Program-made: the position numbers and the translations under genes
IMG/VR virus record: IMGVR_UViG_3300017649_000001
Location: 1-24,797 of that record
Length of the DNA: 24,797 nt
Strand: one strand, 5' to 3'
Source of the DNA: a virus
Lineage: Duplodnaviria; Heunggongvirae; Uroviricota; Caudoviricetes
Part shown: piece by piece, positions 1-8,526 of the stretch
How positions within the stretch are numbered: the stretch's first letter is position 1
How the letters are laid out: the number at the start of each line of letters is the position of its first letter
Notes under the pieces: generated by a model
What the model saw: the letters and a program-made list of their open reading frames with translations, nothing else
Databases searched by the model: none
Told to the model about the DNA's origin: nothing

Positions 1-729
1 CTGCTCGCAGGTATGCTTCAGGTGACTGCGGCTTCTAATATGGTCTATCAAACATATACGGCCTACAGCACCGGCAAAATCTACTCCCGTGTCAAATATC
101 AAACTGCATGGTCGTCTTGGGTCGAAATGTCGGTTGTAGGTCATACTCATGCTATTGCCGATGTTAGTGGCCTAGAGTCCGCGCTAGATGATAGGTTGGC
201 GAAGACAGGCGGTCTAATGGCTGGCCCTATTAATTTTAATGGTTTCGGTTCGGGTAATTCGATTACTGTAGGAAATGGCGATGCCGCTACCGCAACCGCG
301 GCCAATTTGAGATTGTCTTCGTGGTACGGTATCGGCTTCATGAACGCCACTTCCGGACAGTCTGTACCTCAGTGGGAAAATTCGCATTGGTTTAACGTTC
401 GTAATGGCGACATGGGCATTCGTGGCACTTTGACAGCCTCGGGAAACCTCTCGGCGTATTCTGACGCTCGATTGAAGACTGACGTGGAAACGATTGATGA
501 CGCACTTGAGCTGGTGATGAAGCTCCGGGGTGTTCGATACACCAAGGACGGTCGCCGCAATATCGGTGTGATCGCTCAGGAATTTCAGAAACATGTACCG
601 GAACTCGTTATCGAAGGCGATGATGACGAGAAAACGCTTTCTGTCATTTATGGAAACACTGTCGGCCTTCTGATTGAAGCAGTTAAATCACTCAAAGGTG
701 AAGTTGATGAGCTAAAGAGGGCTGCGTAA
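1..729 (+). CDS. Tail fibre protein, C-terminal part, with intramolecular chaperone (peptidase S74) domain; 5'-truncated
   Basis: The frame is open from base 1, so the ATG at 13 is probably internal. It contains a tail repeat HTHAIADVSGLESALD and the S74 signature YSDARLKTDVETIDDALELVMKLRGVRY...IGVIAQE, followed by a terminal coiled coil LLIEAVKSLKGEVDELK. Confidence 0.9.
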   Translation: MLAGMLQVTAASNMVYQTYTAYSTGKIYSRVKYQTAWSSWVEMSVVGHTHAIADVSGLESALDDRLAKTGGLMAGPINFNGFGSGNSITVGNGDAATATAANLRLSSWYGIGFMNATSGQSVPQWENSHWFNVRNGDMGIRGTLTASGNLSAYSDARLKTDVETIDDALELVMKLRGVRYTKDGRRNIGVIAQEFQKHVPELVIEGDDDEKTLSVIYGNTVGLLIEAVKSLKGEVDELKRAA

Positions 730-1874
730 TGGCCCTCCCATCATCCGGAATAATTACAGCCGCCATGATCAATGCTGAATTGGGTCGAGCATCCAATGCG
801 GCGATTAATCTTAATGATCCTGCCGTGCGCGCATTGGCAGGTAAGCCATCGGGCGCGATTAGCTTTTCTGATTTCTACGGTAAGTCTTCAGAAGTTGTCG
901 TCACGCTTACAAGCCGAACTGCCGTATGTCTGCAGGATCTCTTTTCTGCCGCTGATTGGGCGAGCAACACTGCCAAACGCGTCGTGATTCCTTCGGGCGT
1001 GGAGATTGGCGCAACTAATCTCGATTGGGCGCTTGTTCAAGCCTGGGACGCTACTGGACAGGCTGGTAGTTGGGGCGGTTCACTAACGCTTGAAAACCGG
1101 GGCGTTATCTCAGGAATGGGTGGCGCTGCAAACAGCGGCAGGGGCGGAAACGCGCTGCGCATAATCTTCGGCGGCCGTTCCGGTCAGAAACTGCTCGTGA
1201 ACAATTTGGGCACTATTCGAGGCGGCGGTGGTGGCGGTGGACGAGCTGGTAACGGCGGTCAAGGTGGTAACGGTGTCTGGTGGAACCAATATTGGGTCTA
1301 TGATCCAAGTAATGGAGCCTGGCTTTACAATCTCTGGAATCCGGGAACCTACTGGAATACCACTTATATGGGTGCTGAGTTATATTGGTATGATACCCGA
1401 GTCGCATCCGGTCTGAATAACGGAGCTACTACATTCGAAACTGGCGGTTGGGTTTATGAACGTGGACCGATGGCTGTAGATAATGGCGGCGGGTTAGCGG
1501 CATATCACATAAGACGCCGGAGGCTACAATCCGACCCTGTTTATACAACTGGTGGTGCTGGTGGCGCCGGTGGTAATGGCGGCGTTGGTCAAGGTTATGG
1601 TCAATCGGCCAGTGCTGGCGCCAACGGCGCGGGCGGGTCTGCGGGTGGCACAAATGCCGGTGCAGGCGGTACGGGCGGCCGCGGCGGTAATGGTGGCGGT
1701 TGGGGCGCCGCAGGTGCTGCGGGTGCGACAGGTAATACCGGTGCTGCGGGTAATAACGGTGGCGGTTATGCTGGAGCAGGTGGCGCCGGTGGCGGGGCTG
1801 CGGGCTATTACCTTACTGGCAGTGCGAATGTTACATGGCTCAACACGGGCACGCGTCAAGGTCTAGTAAATTAA
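729..1874 (+). CDS. gp38-like glycine-rich receptor-recognising adhesin (tail fibre tip)
   Basis: N-terminus MALPSSGIITAAMINAELGR...ISFSDFYGKS is typical of fibre-tip adhesins. NNLGTIRGGGGGGG and long Gly-rich runs match polyglycine-sandwich motifs. Start overlaps the fibre stop (TAATG). Confidence 0.75.
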   Translation: MALPSSGIITAAMINAELGRASNAAINLNDPAVRALAGKPSGAISFSDFYGKSSEVVVTLTSRTAVCLQDLFSAADWASNTAKRVVIPSGVEIGATNLDWALVQAWDATGQAGSWGGSLTLENRGVISGMGGAANSGRGGNALRIIFGGRSGQKLLVNNLGTIRGGGGGGGRAGNGGQGGNGVWWNQYWVYDPSNGAWLYNLWNPGTYWNTTYMGAELYWYDTRVASGLNNGATTFETGGWVYERGPMAVDNGGGLAAYHIRRRRLQSDPVYTTGGAGGAGGNGGVGQGYGQSASAGANGAGGSAGGTNAGAGGTGGRGGNGGGWGAAGAAGATGNTGAAGNNGGGYAGAGGAGGGAAGYYLTGSANVTWLNTGTRQGLVN

Positions 1875-1880
1875 GAATAA

Positions 1881-1920
1881 TTGCGTGATGCTAACTAATT
1901 AGTTATTTAGTTAGCATCAC
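1881..1920 (+). promoter_or_regulatory. Putative phoH promoter overlapping an operator and a 14-bp inverted repeat (may also terminate the tail operon)
   Basis: TTGCGT(1881)-17-TATTTA(1904). TAACTAA-ttag-TTATTTA at 1892-1909. Arms GTGATGCTAACTAA 1885-1898 and TTAGTTAGCATCAC 1907-1920. Confidence 0.6.
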
Positions 1921-1967
1921 TATTGAGTTATTGTATTTGCAGTAATTCTCTAACTCTGGATCTTCAA

Positions 1968-2729
1968 ATGACCCGTATGAATCGAGCCGCAGCCCGCCAA
2001 ATCCGTCGAGATGGCAAAAAGGGCCGCAAGTCGCATGATAAACTCATTCAGGCGGCCGATGCTCAGACCAACCCCAAGCGGCCCGTAAAACGCAGCTTTG
2101 CTCTCGCCAAGCCTCTTACGGACGCACAACGCGACTACGACAGGGCCTTCCATACGAACCAGATCATTTTCGGCACCGGTCCCGCTGGCACAGGAAAGAC
2201 CTGGTTTGCAACGATCCGCGCTGCGGAAGCTTTTGAACGCGAGGAGATTGAGAAGATCATTATCACGCGGCCTGCAGTCGAGGCCGGCGAGTCCCTAGGC
2301 TTTCTGCCAGGTGAACTGGAAGAGAAGTATGAGCCTTATTTCCGACCTGTGCGTGACGCGCTCGAGGAGAAGTTTGGCACCGGCTATCTTGAGTATTTGA
2401 TCAAGGTCGGAAAGATCGAAGCGCGCCCTCTAGGTCTGTTGCGTGGTTCGACCTTCAAAGACTGTTGGGTAATTCTGGACGAAGCACAGAACGTCACGCC
2501 GACGCAGATGCAAATGTTCCTCACGCGTATCGGTGAGAATTGCAAAATGATCATCAATGGCGATCTGAAGCAGAAGGATATTCCTGGTCTCTCAGGACTG
2601 GAAGACGCGATCCACACCTTGCGTCGCGTCGCCGGTGTGGAAGAGGTGAACTTTACCACAAAGGACATTGTACGCTCGGGCATTTGCCGAGATATCGTGA
2701 TCGCCTACGACAGCAAGAAAGCTGCGTAA
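1968..2729 (+). CDS. phoH: PhoH-family ATPase
   Basis: Motifs GPAGTGKT, ITRPAVEAGESLGFLPG, LRGSTF, LDEAQN and GDLKQKD. ATG at 1968 is preferred over the TTG at 1923 in the ORF track. Confidence 0.95.
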   Translation: MTRMNRAAARQIRRDGKKGRKSHDKLIQAADAQTNPKRPVKRSFALAKPLTDAQRDYDRAFHTNQIIFGTGPAGTGKTWFATIRAAEAFEREEIEKIIITRPAVEAGESLGFLPGELEEKYEPYFRPVRDALEEKFGTGYLEYLIKVGKIEARPLGLLRGSTFKDCWVILDEAQNVTPTQMQMFLTRIGENCKMIINGDLKQKDIPGLSGLEDAIHTLRRVAGVEEVNFTTKDIVRSGICRDIVIAYDSKKAA

Positions 2730-2808
2730 AGAGGGGCAAAATAAAAATTAAATTTCCGCTAATCCCTGAAGCGGTCTGACTATAGCGCAGTCAAACAGCA
2801 TATCAGGA

Positions 2809-3531
2809 ATGGAAATGAACAATCACGAATACATAGCGGCGGCAGAACGTTTCGAACTGCCGCCGTCTGATCGCTTCAAGGACGACTGCGTTACAAACGC
2901 TTTTGTAAAATCTCAATTCTCTGCAATGGATCTCGGGCTGTTTCGCACGAAATGGTTTGATTATAGATTTTATTCTCCACTCCAGGCCACTTTCCTCTAT
3001 ATCGCCTATTTCGAGGAAGCCTATTATGACTTTTTCAAGCGGGATGTGGATTATGTCCAGGCCGAGTTCCGTCGGCCAATAACGCGGGCCAAGATTCTCA
3101 ACGGTCTTCGTGAAAACGATTCCAAACAGCGTCGCAACTTCATGGCTTTATGGCGCGGGCGTCAGGTTGCCGACGCTCTTGGTATGCCATATCCGGTCTT
3201 CCTCGATTTTGCCTTTAATGCGCGGCTGCAGAATTGGAAACGAGATACGCTACCGAGACCTGAGCATCTTTACTCCGCACGATGTATCGATAAGGTCGAG
3301 CAAAAGTGGGAAGAGTATAAGCGCACTTACTTTCTGAAATCCGATCATCCGGCATACAAGCTGGAAAATTTCTGCGGAACTGCCGATCAGATCGCGCATC
3401 AGAATTGGCTCATCGAGCAAGCGGAACACTGCTTCAACTATCCAGCCAATCTTTATGATCTCGTTCAGGAGGGACTTCTTCCTCAAGATCGGGTCGAGGC
3501 TCATCTTGGCGTTCAACCCCTTTCGCACTGA
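2809..3531 (+). CDS. Hypothetical protein upstream of the helicase (possible replication accessory or loader)
   Basis: 240-aa ORF. AGGA spacing favours a start at 2815. No recognised motif; the function guess is positional only. Confidence 0.75.
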   Translation: MEMNNHEYIAAAERFELPPSDRFKDDCVTNAFVKSQFSAMDLGLFRTKWFDYRFYSPLQATFLYIAYFEEAYYDFFKRDVDYVQAEFRRPITRAKILNGLRENDSKQRRNFMALWRGRQVADALGMPYPVFLDFAFNARLQNWKRDTLPRPEHLYSARCIDKVEQKWEEYKRTYFLKSDHPAYKLENFCGTADQIAHQNWLIEQAEHCFNYPANLYDLVQEGLLPQDRVEAHLGVQPLSH

Positions 3532-3574
3532 CTTATAAATGAAGAAACGCATTGTGTTTGTGCGTGATAAATAA

Positions 3575-3592
3575 TAACTAATTCGTTAGTTA
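3575..3592. promoter_or_regulatory. Operator palindrome (perfect copy)
   Basis: TAACTAA-ttcg-TTAGTTA, ending 17 bp upstream of the helicase ATG. Confidence 0.75.
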
Positions 3593-3609
3593 CTATTCAG
3601 GAGTTTGCA

Positions 3610-4950
3610 ATGAGTGATCTGGCCGAGGACGAGCTGGTCGACGAAACCAAATATGATTTTGACGAGGGATTTCAGAACAGTTTGGTAGCGCACTATCTGC
3701 GGGATAATAATTTCGCACTGCGCTCCAACGAAGTAATTGACCCTAAGTATTTCACGAACGCGGCCACCGGACAGGTCGTCGGCATTTTCAAAGATTACAT
3801 CGGAACACATAAGAGCGTTCCGCCATCTTCACTGGTTCGCTCGCTCCTTGAAGACGCTATAGCGAAGAAGCGCATTAAGGCTGAGGATAAGGCCGAAGTC
3901 GTCAAGATCGTCCAGACTGCCTACAAGGCACCGCTGTCAGGTGGCACATACATTCTCGGTAAGGTTGGTGAGTTCGCCAAGAATCGCGCTCTTGAAGCCG
4001 CGATCATGAAATCTGTCGAGTATCTCGACAAGGGAGACTACAAGGCGATCGCCGATATAATGGCGAAAGCGCAACGTGTCGGCGAACTCGAAGAGACCGA
4101 CGATTACGATTATTATGCCGACGTCGAGGCGCGAACTGCGGTTCGCAAGGCAATCGCGTCCGGCACTCTCACCAGAAATGGGATCACAACCGGCTATTCC
4201 GAGCTTGATGCGCACCTCTATCATTATGGATGGGGGCGCAAGGAACTCTCCTGCATCATGGGGCCGTCAAAGTCGGGCAAATCTCTATCGCTTGGTGACT
4301 TCGCGAAGAATGCCTCACTGGCCGGTCATAATACGCTCTACGTTTCGCTCGAAGTTGCGAAAGAGATTATCGCTGATCGTATCGACGCCGCGCTCTCAGA
4401 CACGCTGATCCGCGATCTCCACATAAACGCTGACGTAGTTGAAGCCTCCATCAAGGCGGCGCAGGCGAAGGCCGCTGCGTTTAAGATGCGCGACTTCGCA
4501 TCCAATTCAATGAAGCCGTCTCGTCTGTTCCGGCTAATCGAAGATTATAAGGCCGAGGGCATCATCCTCGACCTCGTTGCGCTCGACTACGCGGACATTA
4601 TGGCTGCTGAATATCGCTCGGACAGCCTTCAGGAAAACCTGCGTTCGATTTACCTCGATCTTCGTTCTATCGCTCACGAATTTAACCTCGCGATGCTGAC
4701 TGCTACGCAGACGAACCGTGATGGCGCCAAGGAAATGACTTCGAAGGCGACGAACATCGGTGACGACTGGAATAAGACAAGAACGGTCGACATTCTGATC
4801 GGTATTAACGCTACCGAAGCTGAGAAGAAGATCGGTGAGGCGCGTCTGCATTGGGTCATGTCCCGTAACACTGCTGACGGCTTCTCCATCCGCATCAAAC
4901 AGGACAGAAGCAAGATGCAGTTTCTGACCAAGGTTCTCGGGATAATCTGA
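3610..4950 (+). CDS. dnaB: Replicative DNA helicase (DnaB/T4 gp41-like)
   Basis: Walker A GPSKSGKS, YVSLE, Walker B LDYAD, and TATQTNR; RBS AGGAG. Confidence 0.93.
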   Translation: MSDLAEDELVDETKYDFDEGFQNSLVAHYLRDNNFALRSNEVIDPKYFTNAATGQVVGIFKDYIGTHKSVPPSSLVRSLLEDAIAKKRIKAEDKAEVVKIVQTAYKAPLSGGTYILGKVGEFAKNRALEAAIMKSVEYLDKGDYKAIADIMAKAQRVGELEETDDYDYYADVEARTAVRKAIASGTLTRNGITTGYSELDAHLYHYGWGRKELSCIMGPSKSGKSLSLGDFAKNASLAGHNTLYVSLEVAKEIIADRIDAALSDTLIRDLHINADVVEASIKAAQAKAAAFKMRDFASNSMKPSRLFRLIEDYKAEGIILDLVALDYADIMAAEYRSDSLQENLRSIYLDLRSIAHEFNLAMLTATQTNRDGAKEMTSKATNIGDDWNKTRTVDILIGINATEAEKKIGEARLHWVMSRNTADGFSIRIKQDRSKMQFLTKVLGII

Positions 4951-6032
4951 TGAGTGATATTTTTCAGCGCATCCAGTCAGAGCTTGATTTCGGATACTTT
5001 CTCGATAGCGAAGGACTGGATTACAAGGAAGTTCAGGGGTCGAGCGGCGAGCAATTTCATATAAAATGCTGTCCGACATGCGGTGACTCCCGCTGGCGCA
5101 CTTATATGGGCGTCGAGTCCGGTCTAGGGAACTGCTTCAAATGCGGTGAGAAATACACCAAGATCACCTTTCTCAAAGCGCATTTTGGCTATGACAATTG
5201 GGGGGAGACTTTTCGCAAATGCGAGGAAGTTCTCCACGATCAAGGCTGGCGACCGGTTCGAAAATCGGTCGTCGTGGAGCCAAATATATCGGAAATTCGT
5301 CTGCCGATCTCGGATCCAATTCCATTCGCAAACGGAGCCAACTTTCCTTATCTTGAGGAGCGCGGCGTCACGAAGGAGCTTGCGGCCTACTTTCATCTCC
5401 GGTTCTGCAAGTTTGGCGGATGGGTGTTCAAGTCGTCTGAAGGAAAACAGCAACTCCAAAATTTCAGCGACCGCATCATTATCCCGATCTTTGACCTCGA
5501 CAGAGAGTTGAAGACATTTCAGGGGCGCGACGTTTCAGGCAACTCTGATCGAAAATATCTGTTTCCGGTTCAACTCCCTGGAACTGGCCGATATCTCTAT
5601 AACGGCCAGAATGTTGTCGCCTGCGAGCATGTTGTGATGGGCGAGGGCGCTTTTGACGTGATTGCCATCAAGGCAGCGCTCGACCTCGATCCTGCAACCA
5701 GGAACGTGGTTGCGATCGGCTCATTCGGCAAGCACCTGTCGCACGGTCACAAAACCAATGACGATCAACTCTCCCGATTGTCCACGCTAAAGGCACAAGG
5801 TTTGAAGCGCGTGACGATTATGTGGGACGGAGAACCGGCAGCATTAACCGCAGCGCTTGATGCAGCCAAGCTGATCCGGTCAGTCGGATTGATGCCGCTC
5901 ATTGCCCTTCTACCGTCAGGCAAAGATCCAAACGAAGTGCCGGCCGAGGAAGTTATCAAAGCGTTTTACGCAGCCAAAGAGTGGAATCTCTCCACAGACG
6001 TGAAATGGCGCTTGCGAAATCCATACGCGTAA
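4950..6032 (+). CDS. DNA primase (Zn finger + TOPRIM)
   Basis: CPTC...CFKC zinc finger, IIIPIFD, RYLYN, TOPRIM motifs EGAFD and WDGE, and KDPNE. TGATG overlap with the helicase. Confidence 0.92.
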   Translation: MSDIFQRIQSELDFGYFLDSEGLDYKEVQGSSGEQFHIKCCPTCGDSRWRTYMGVESGLGNCFKCGEKYTKITFLKAHFGYDNWGETFRKCEEVLHDQGWRPVRKSVVVEPNISEIRLPISDPIPFANGANFPYLEERGVTKELAAYFHLRFCKFGGWVFKSSEGKQQLQNFSDRIIIPIFDLDRELKTFQGRDVSGNSDRKYLFPVQLPGTGRYLYNGQNVVACEHVVMGEGAFDVIAIKAALDLDPATRNVVAIGSFGKHLSHGHKTNDDQLSRLSTLKAQGLKRVTIMWDGEPAALTAALDAAKLIRSVGLMPLIALLPSGKDPNEVPAEEVIKAFYAAKEWNLSTDVKWRLRNPYA

Positions 6033-6041
6033 AATAGATAC

Positions 6042-6059
6042 TAACTAACTGATTAATTA
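6042..6059. promoter_or_regulatory. Operator palindrome
   Basis: TAACTAA-ctga-TTAATTA (1 mismatch), upstream of the three-orphan cluster. Confidence 0.7.
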
Positions 6060-6097
6060 TTTACCGCGTGAAACCCTCGTTTCGCTCGCGTATAAAA

Positions 6098-6760
6098 ATG
6101 TCAGATAAAGCAACAGCAATAACAGACGGCAGATCAATGACAGCTAATCGCTACACGGTTAAGGTGACGCGAACACCTTTGACGAATGGCAAACGCACGT
6201 TTGTCTCTTTTGTCGCTGTGGGTTGGAATGGCGCAGCGCTTTTCTTTTCGAGCGCGCCCAATGAAGACGCCTACGGATTAGAAAAGGACGACAAGGAGTA
6301 TCACGCCTGGCTTCCCATCCAGAAGAATGAATCCGGCGTCCAGGCGATCATCGCTGGCAGCAATCTCAATTACAATCGCCGTTCATGGGAATCGAGCCAA
6401 ATGTTCGATGACGATGTGGTGAATTTCTTCAAGGAAATTAAGAAGGTTGGCTACACCGATATCAAGCGCGATTTGGTTCAGCACATCGTCGGCCCAGGGC
6501 TAGACGAGGAGCGGTATTTGGAGCTGCGCGTAAACGCGGCACTGTCTGATGCTGGTAAGCACTTTAGGGCACAAATCAGAGATATCGACTCGCGAAATCC
6601 AGTTTTCGTCAATTTTAAAAGCAGCCTTGATCGTGATCATGCCGCTTATAAGAAGATAGCTGAACGTCGGCGCGCGGAAGCTGAGGAAATTCAAGCCCTG
6701 GAAGCGCTAATCACTAACCAGGTGTTTGCACAGACACACGAAGGTTTTGGAGCGTTCTGA
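6098..6760 (+). CDS. Hypothetical protein, C-terminal FGAF motif (#1)
   Basis: Open frame 6068-6760; ATG at 6098 is preferred over GTG at 6068. Ends ...QTHEGFGAF*. Confidence 0.75.
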   Translation: MSDKATAITDGRSMTANRYTVKVTRTPLTNGKRTFVSFVAVGWNGAALFFSSAPNEDAYGLEKDDKEYHAWLPIQKNESGVQAIIAGSNLNYNRRSWESSQMFDDDVVNFFKEIKKVGYTDIKRDLVQHIVGPGLDEERYLELRVNAALSDAGKHFRAQIRDIDSRNPVFVNFKSSLDRDHAAYKKIAERRRAEAEEIQALEALITNQVFAQTHEGFGAF

Positions 6761-7566
6761 TGAATGAGGTTGATGATTTCGGCCGCAGCGATATCAAGAT
6801 TTTCGCAAATCTTGTCGCCAGCGAACTTACCGACGCGGCGACGCGTAAGAACCCCTTCCTCGATCCTCGCACTGACGGATATCTAAGTAAATCGGTCGCG
6901 GAGTATTTGGGTAGGCTGTACGATAATGGTCTGGCGAGTGCAGATGGCTGGCTGTTTGATACGATGGAGAACTTCGCCGCCATCTACAGATGCGGCTCGA
7001 ACGCAGTTCTGTTTCAAGTTTATATTGCGCCAGATAATGGCGTTTTCGCCTGTATGACGCGATGGATCAGATACGCCGGCCAGTCTTTGAATTTCTTTAA
7101 TTTGGAGAGTCGGGCTGTCTTTCTCAATCCTGAAAATCTCTTAAACCAGGCGATTATATGCGAGGAAAATGTTTCCGCGCCGATGTTCTTTAGTGGCCGC
7201 GTTGGACGGCTCCTGCCTTACATGGATGTGACCTACGAGCGGGATGCATATAAATACTGGCGTCCTCGCAAAAGTGAAAAGGATAAGCGGGCTGGCGGGT
7301 TTGAACCATTCCATCAAATGCTCAGCGGACTTAATCTGGCGGCCGCACTGACCTCTGAGGCTGGTCGAAAGTTCGCCTCATATTACGCCAGCGACAAAGG
7401 TTCAGATACCGGCTCGGGCGATATGTGGGAGGTCGCTCACGCCATTCGCGATTTTCGCTCCAGAGCGGATACGAACGACGATCTTGGCGTCAGTGTCGAA
7501 GGTTATATCAAGCCAAAAATCGATCAGAAGTTCTACGCGGAGCTTCCCGGCTTTGGCGCTTTCTAA
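6760..7566 (+). CDS. Hypothetical protein, C-terminal FGAF motif (#2)
   Basis: 268 aa, TGATG overlap with the previous gene. Ends ...YAELPGFGAF*. Confidence 0.8.
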   Translation: MNEVDDFGRSDIKIFANLVASELTDAATRKNPFLDPRTDGYLSKSVAEYLGRLYDNGLASADGWLFDTMENFAAIYRCGSNAVLFQVYIAPDNGVFACMTRWIRYAGQSLNFFNLESRAVFLNPENLLNQAIICEENVSAPMFFSGRVGRLLPYMDVTYERDAYKYWRPRKSEKDKRAGGFEPFHQMLSGLNLAAALTSEAGRKFASYYASDKGSDTGSGDMWEVAHAIRDFRSRADTNDDLGVSVEGYIKPKIDQKFYAELPGFGAF

Positions 7567-7577
7567 GCGAGGATAGA

Positions 7578-8432
7578 ATGAACAACTGCATCAAAAGCTC
7601 CGTCAATGTTAAGAAGATTCAGTTCTCTCTTTACGGTAGGCCGTTCGGAGCTTTCCATTATGAGCGCTTCGATGACTATTCGTTTCGGGAAGCATTCGTC
7701 CAAGATTTCATAGCGAATCCGGAGGCGGCGCTTGGCTATCGTCACTTTGTCAAAACCATCAAAGACACAAAAGAGAAAACCTCTTTTGGTGCTCTGCAAT
7801 TGATCTATATCCTACCAACGCTACCTGACCCACTCAAAAATCAGTGCGTTCAAACCTTCAATGCGATAATTCCCACCGTTTTCGATGAAGAAATAAACGG
7901 TTGGCGTGTCGGTTATCATTATGAAGAAACTGAGAAGGGCGGCTCGGGATCTGGCATAGCTATTGATAATGTTACATGGGCGAACATGATGGGTCCTGAT
8001 ATCAATCATTATCCCGTTGACGAAGCTTTTCGCCGATATCGTAATCGACTTCGCCGTTATGTGAACAATATTTTTATGGGTTACGCACCTTCGCTTATTG
8101 AGCGAAACTGGTTACCAACCCAATCACGGGCAACATTCTTCTACGGCCACGATGAAAAGAACTACAAAGGTCTTTTCAACAGCAATGCAAGTCTGGCTCT
8201 CGACGGTCTTAATTTATTGCTCGCACTCCAGCATCATGGCGATTTTGGAAAGACAGCGCTCGGAAAAGTGCTCAGCAAGAGCGCTTATAATTTTCGTCCT
8301 ACGGTACATGCTTATCGGAATCGTCGTTCATCGTATGAAATAAAACAAGGCATGATCAACGTACTCGACGATGAAGAAATCCAAAAAGTAGTAGAATACT
8401 ACGCCGACAATCCTCTTTTTGGTGCCTTCTAA
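7578..8432 (+). CDS. Hypothetical protein, C-terminal FGAF motif (#3)
   Basis: ATG at 7578 follows a GAGGA RBS; the 7425 start would overlap the previous gene by 142 nt. Ends ...YADNPLFGAF*. Confidence 0.8.
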   Translation: MNNCIKSSVNVKKIQFSLYGRPFGAFHYERFDDYSFREAFVQDFIANPEAALGYRHFVKTIKDTKEKTSFGALQLIYILPTLPDPLKNQCVQTFNAIIPTVFDEEINGWRVGYHYEETEKGGSGSGIAIDNVTWANMMGPDINHYPVDEAFRRYRNRLRRYVNNIFMGYAPSLIERNWLPTQSRATFFYGHDEKNYKGLFNSNASLALDGLNLLLALQHHGDFGKTALGKVLSKSAYNFRPTVHAYRNRRSSYEIKQGMINVLDDEEIQKVVEYYADNPLFGAF

Positions 8433-8434
8433 GG

Positions 8435-8452
8435 TAACTAACTAATTAGTTT
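8435..8452. promoter_or_regulatory. Operator palindrome
   Basis: TAACTAA-ctaa-TTAGTTT (1 mismatch), upstream of the Cys-rich ORF/ligase unit. Confidence 0.7.
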
Positions 8453-8526
8453 CGCCGATACTAACCCAAATCAACTTGCGTTATGTTTGAGAAAATCGCG
8501 CAAGTTGAACAGAGAGATATAAAACA

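Noticed and set aside
1540-1830. GGN-rich repeats as a DNA repeat array or DGR variable region
   Set aside because: Explained by Gly/Ala/Asn codons of the adhesin; no template-repeat pair or reverse transcriptase is in the window.
1968-2729. PhoH as a phosphate-starvation novelty with a Pho box
   Set aside because: PhoH is common in phages; no convincing Pho box was seen upstream, only the shared operator.
7425-7577. Longer 335-aa version of FGAF protein #3
   Set aside because: It overlaps the preceding gene by 142 nt and has no RBS; ATG 7578 has GAGGA at good spacing.
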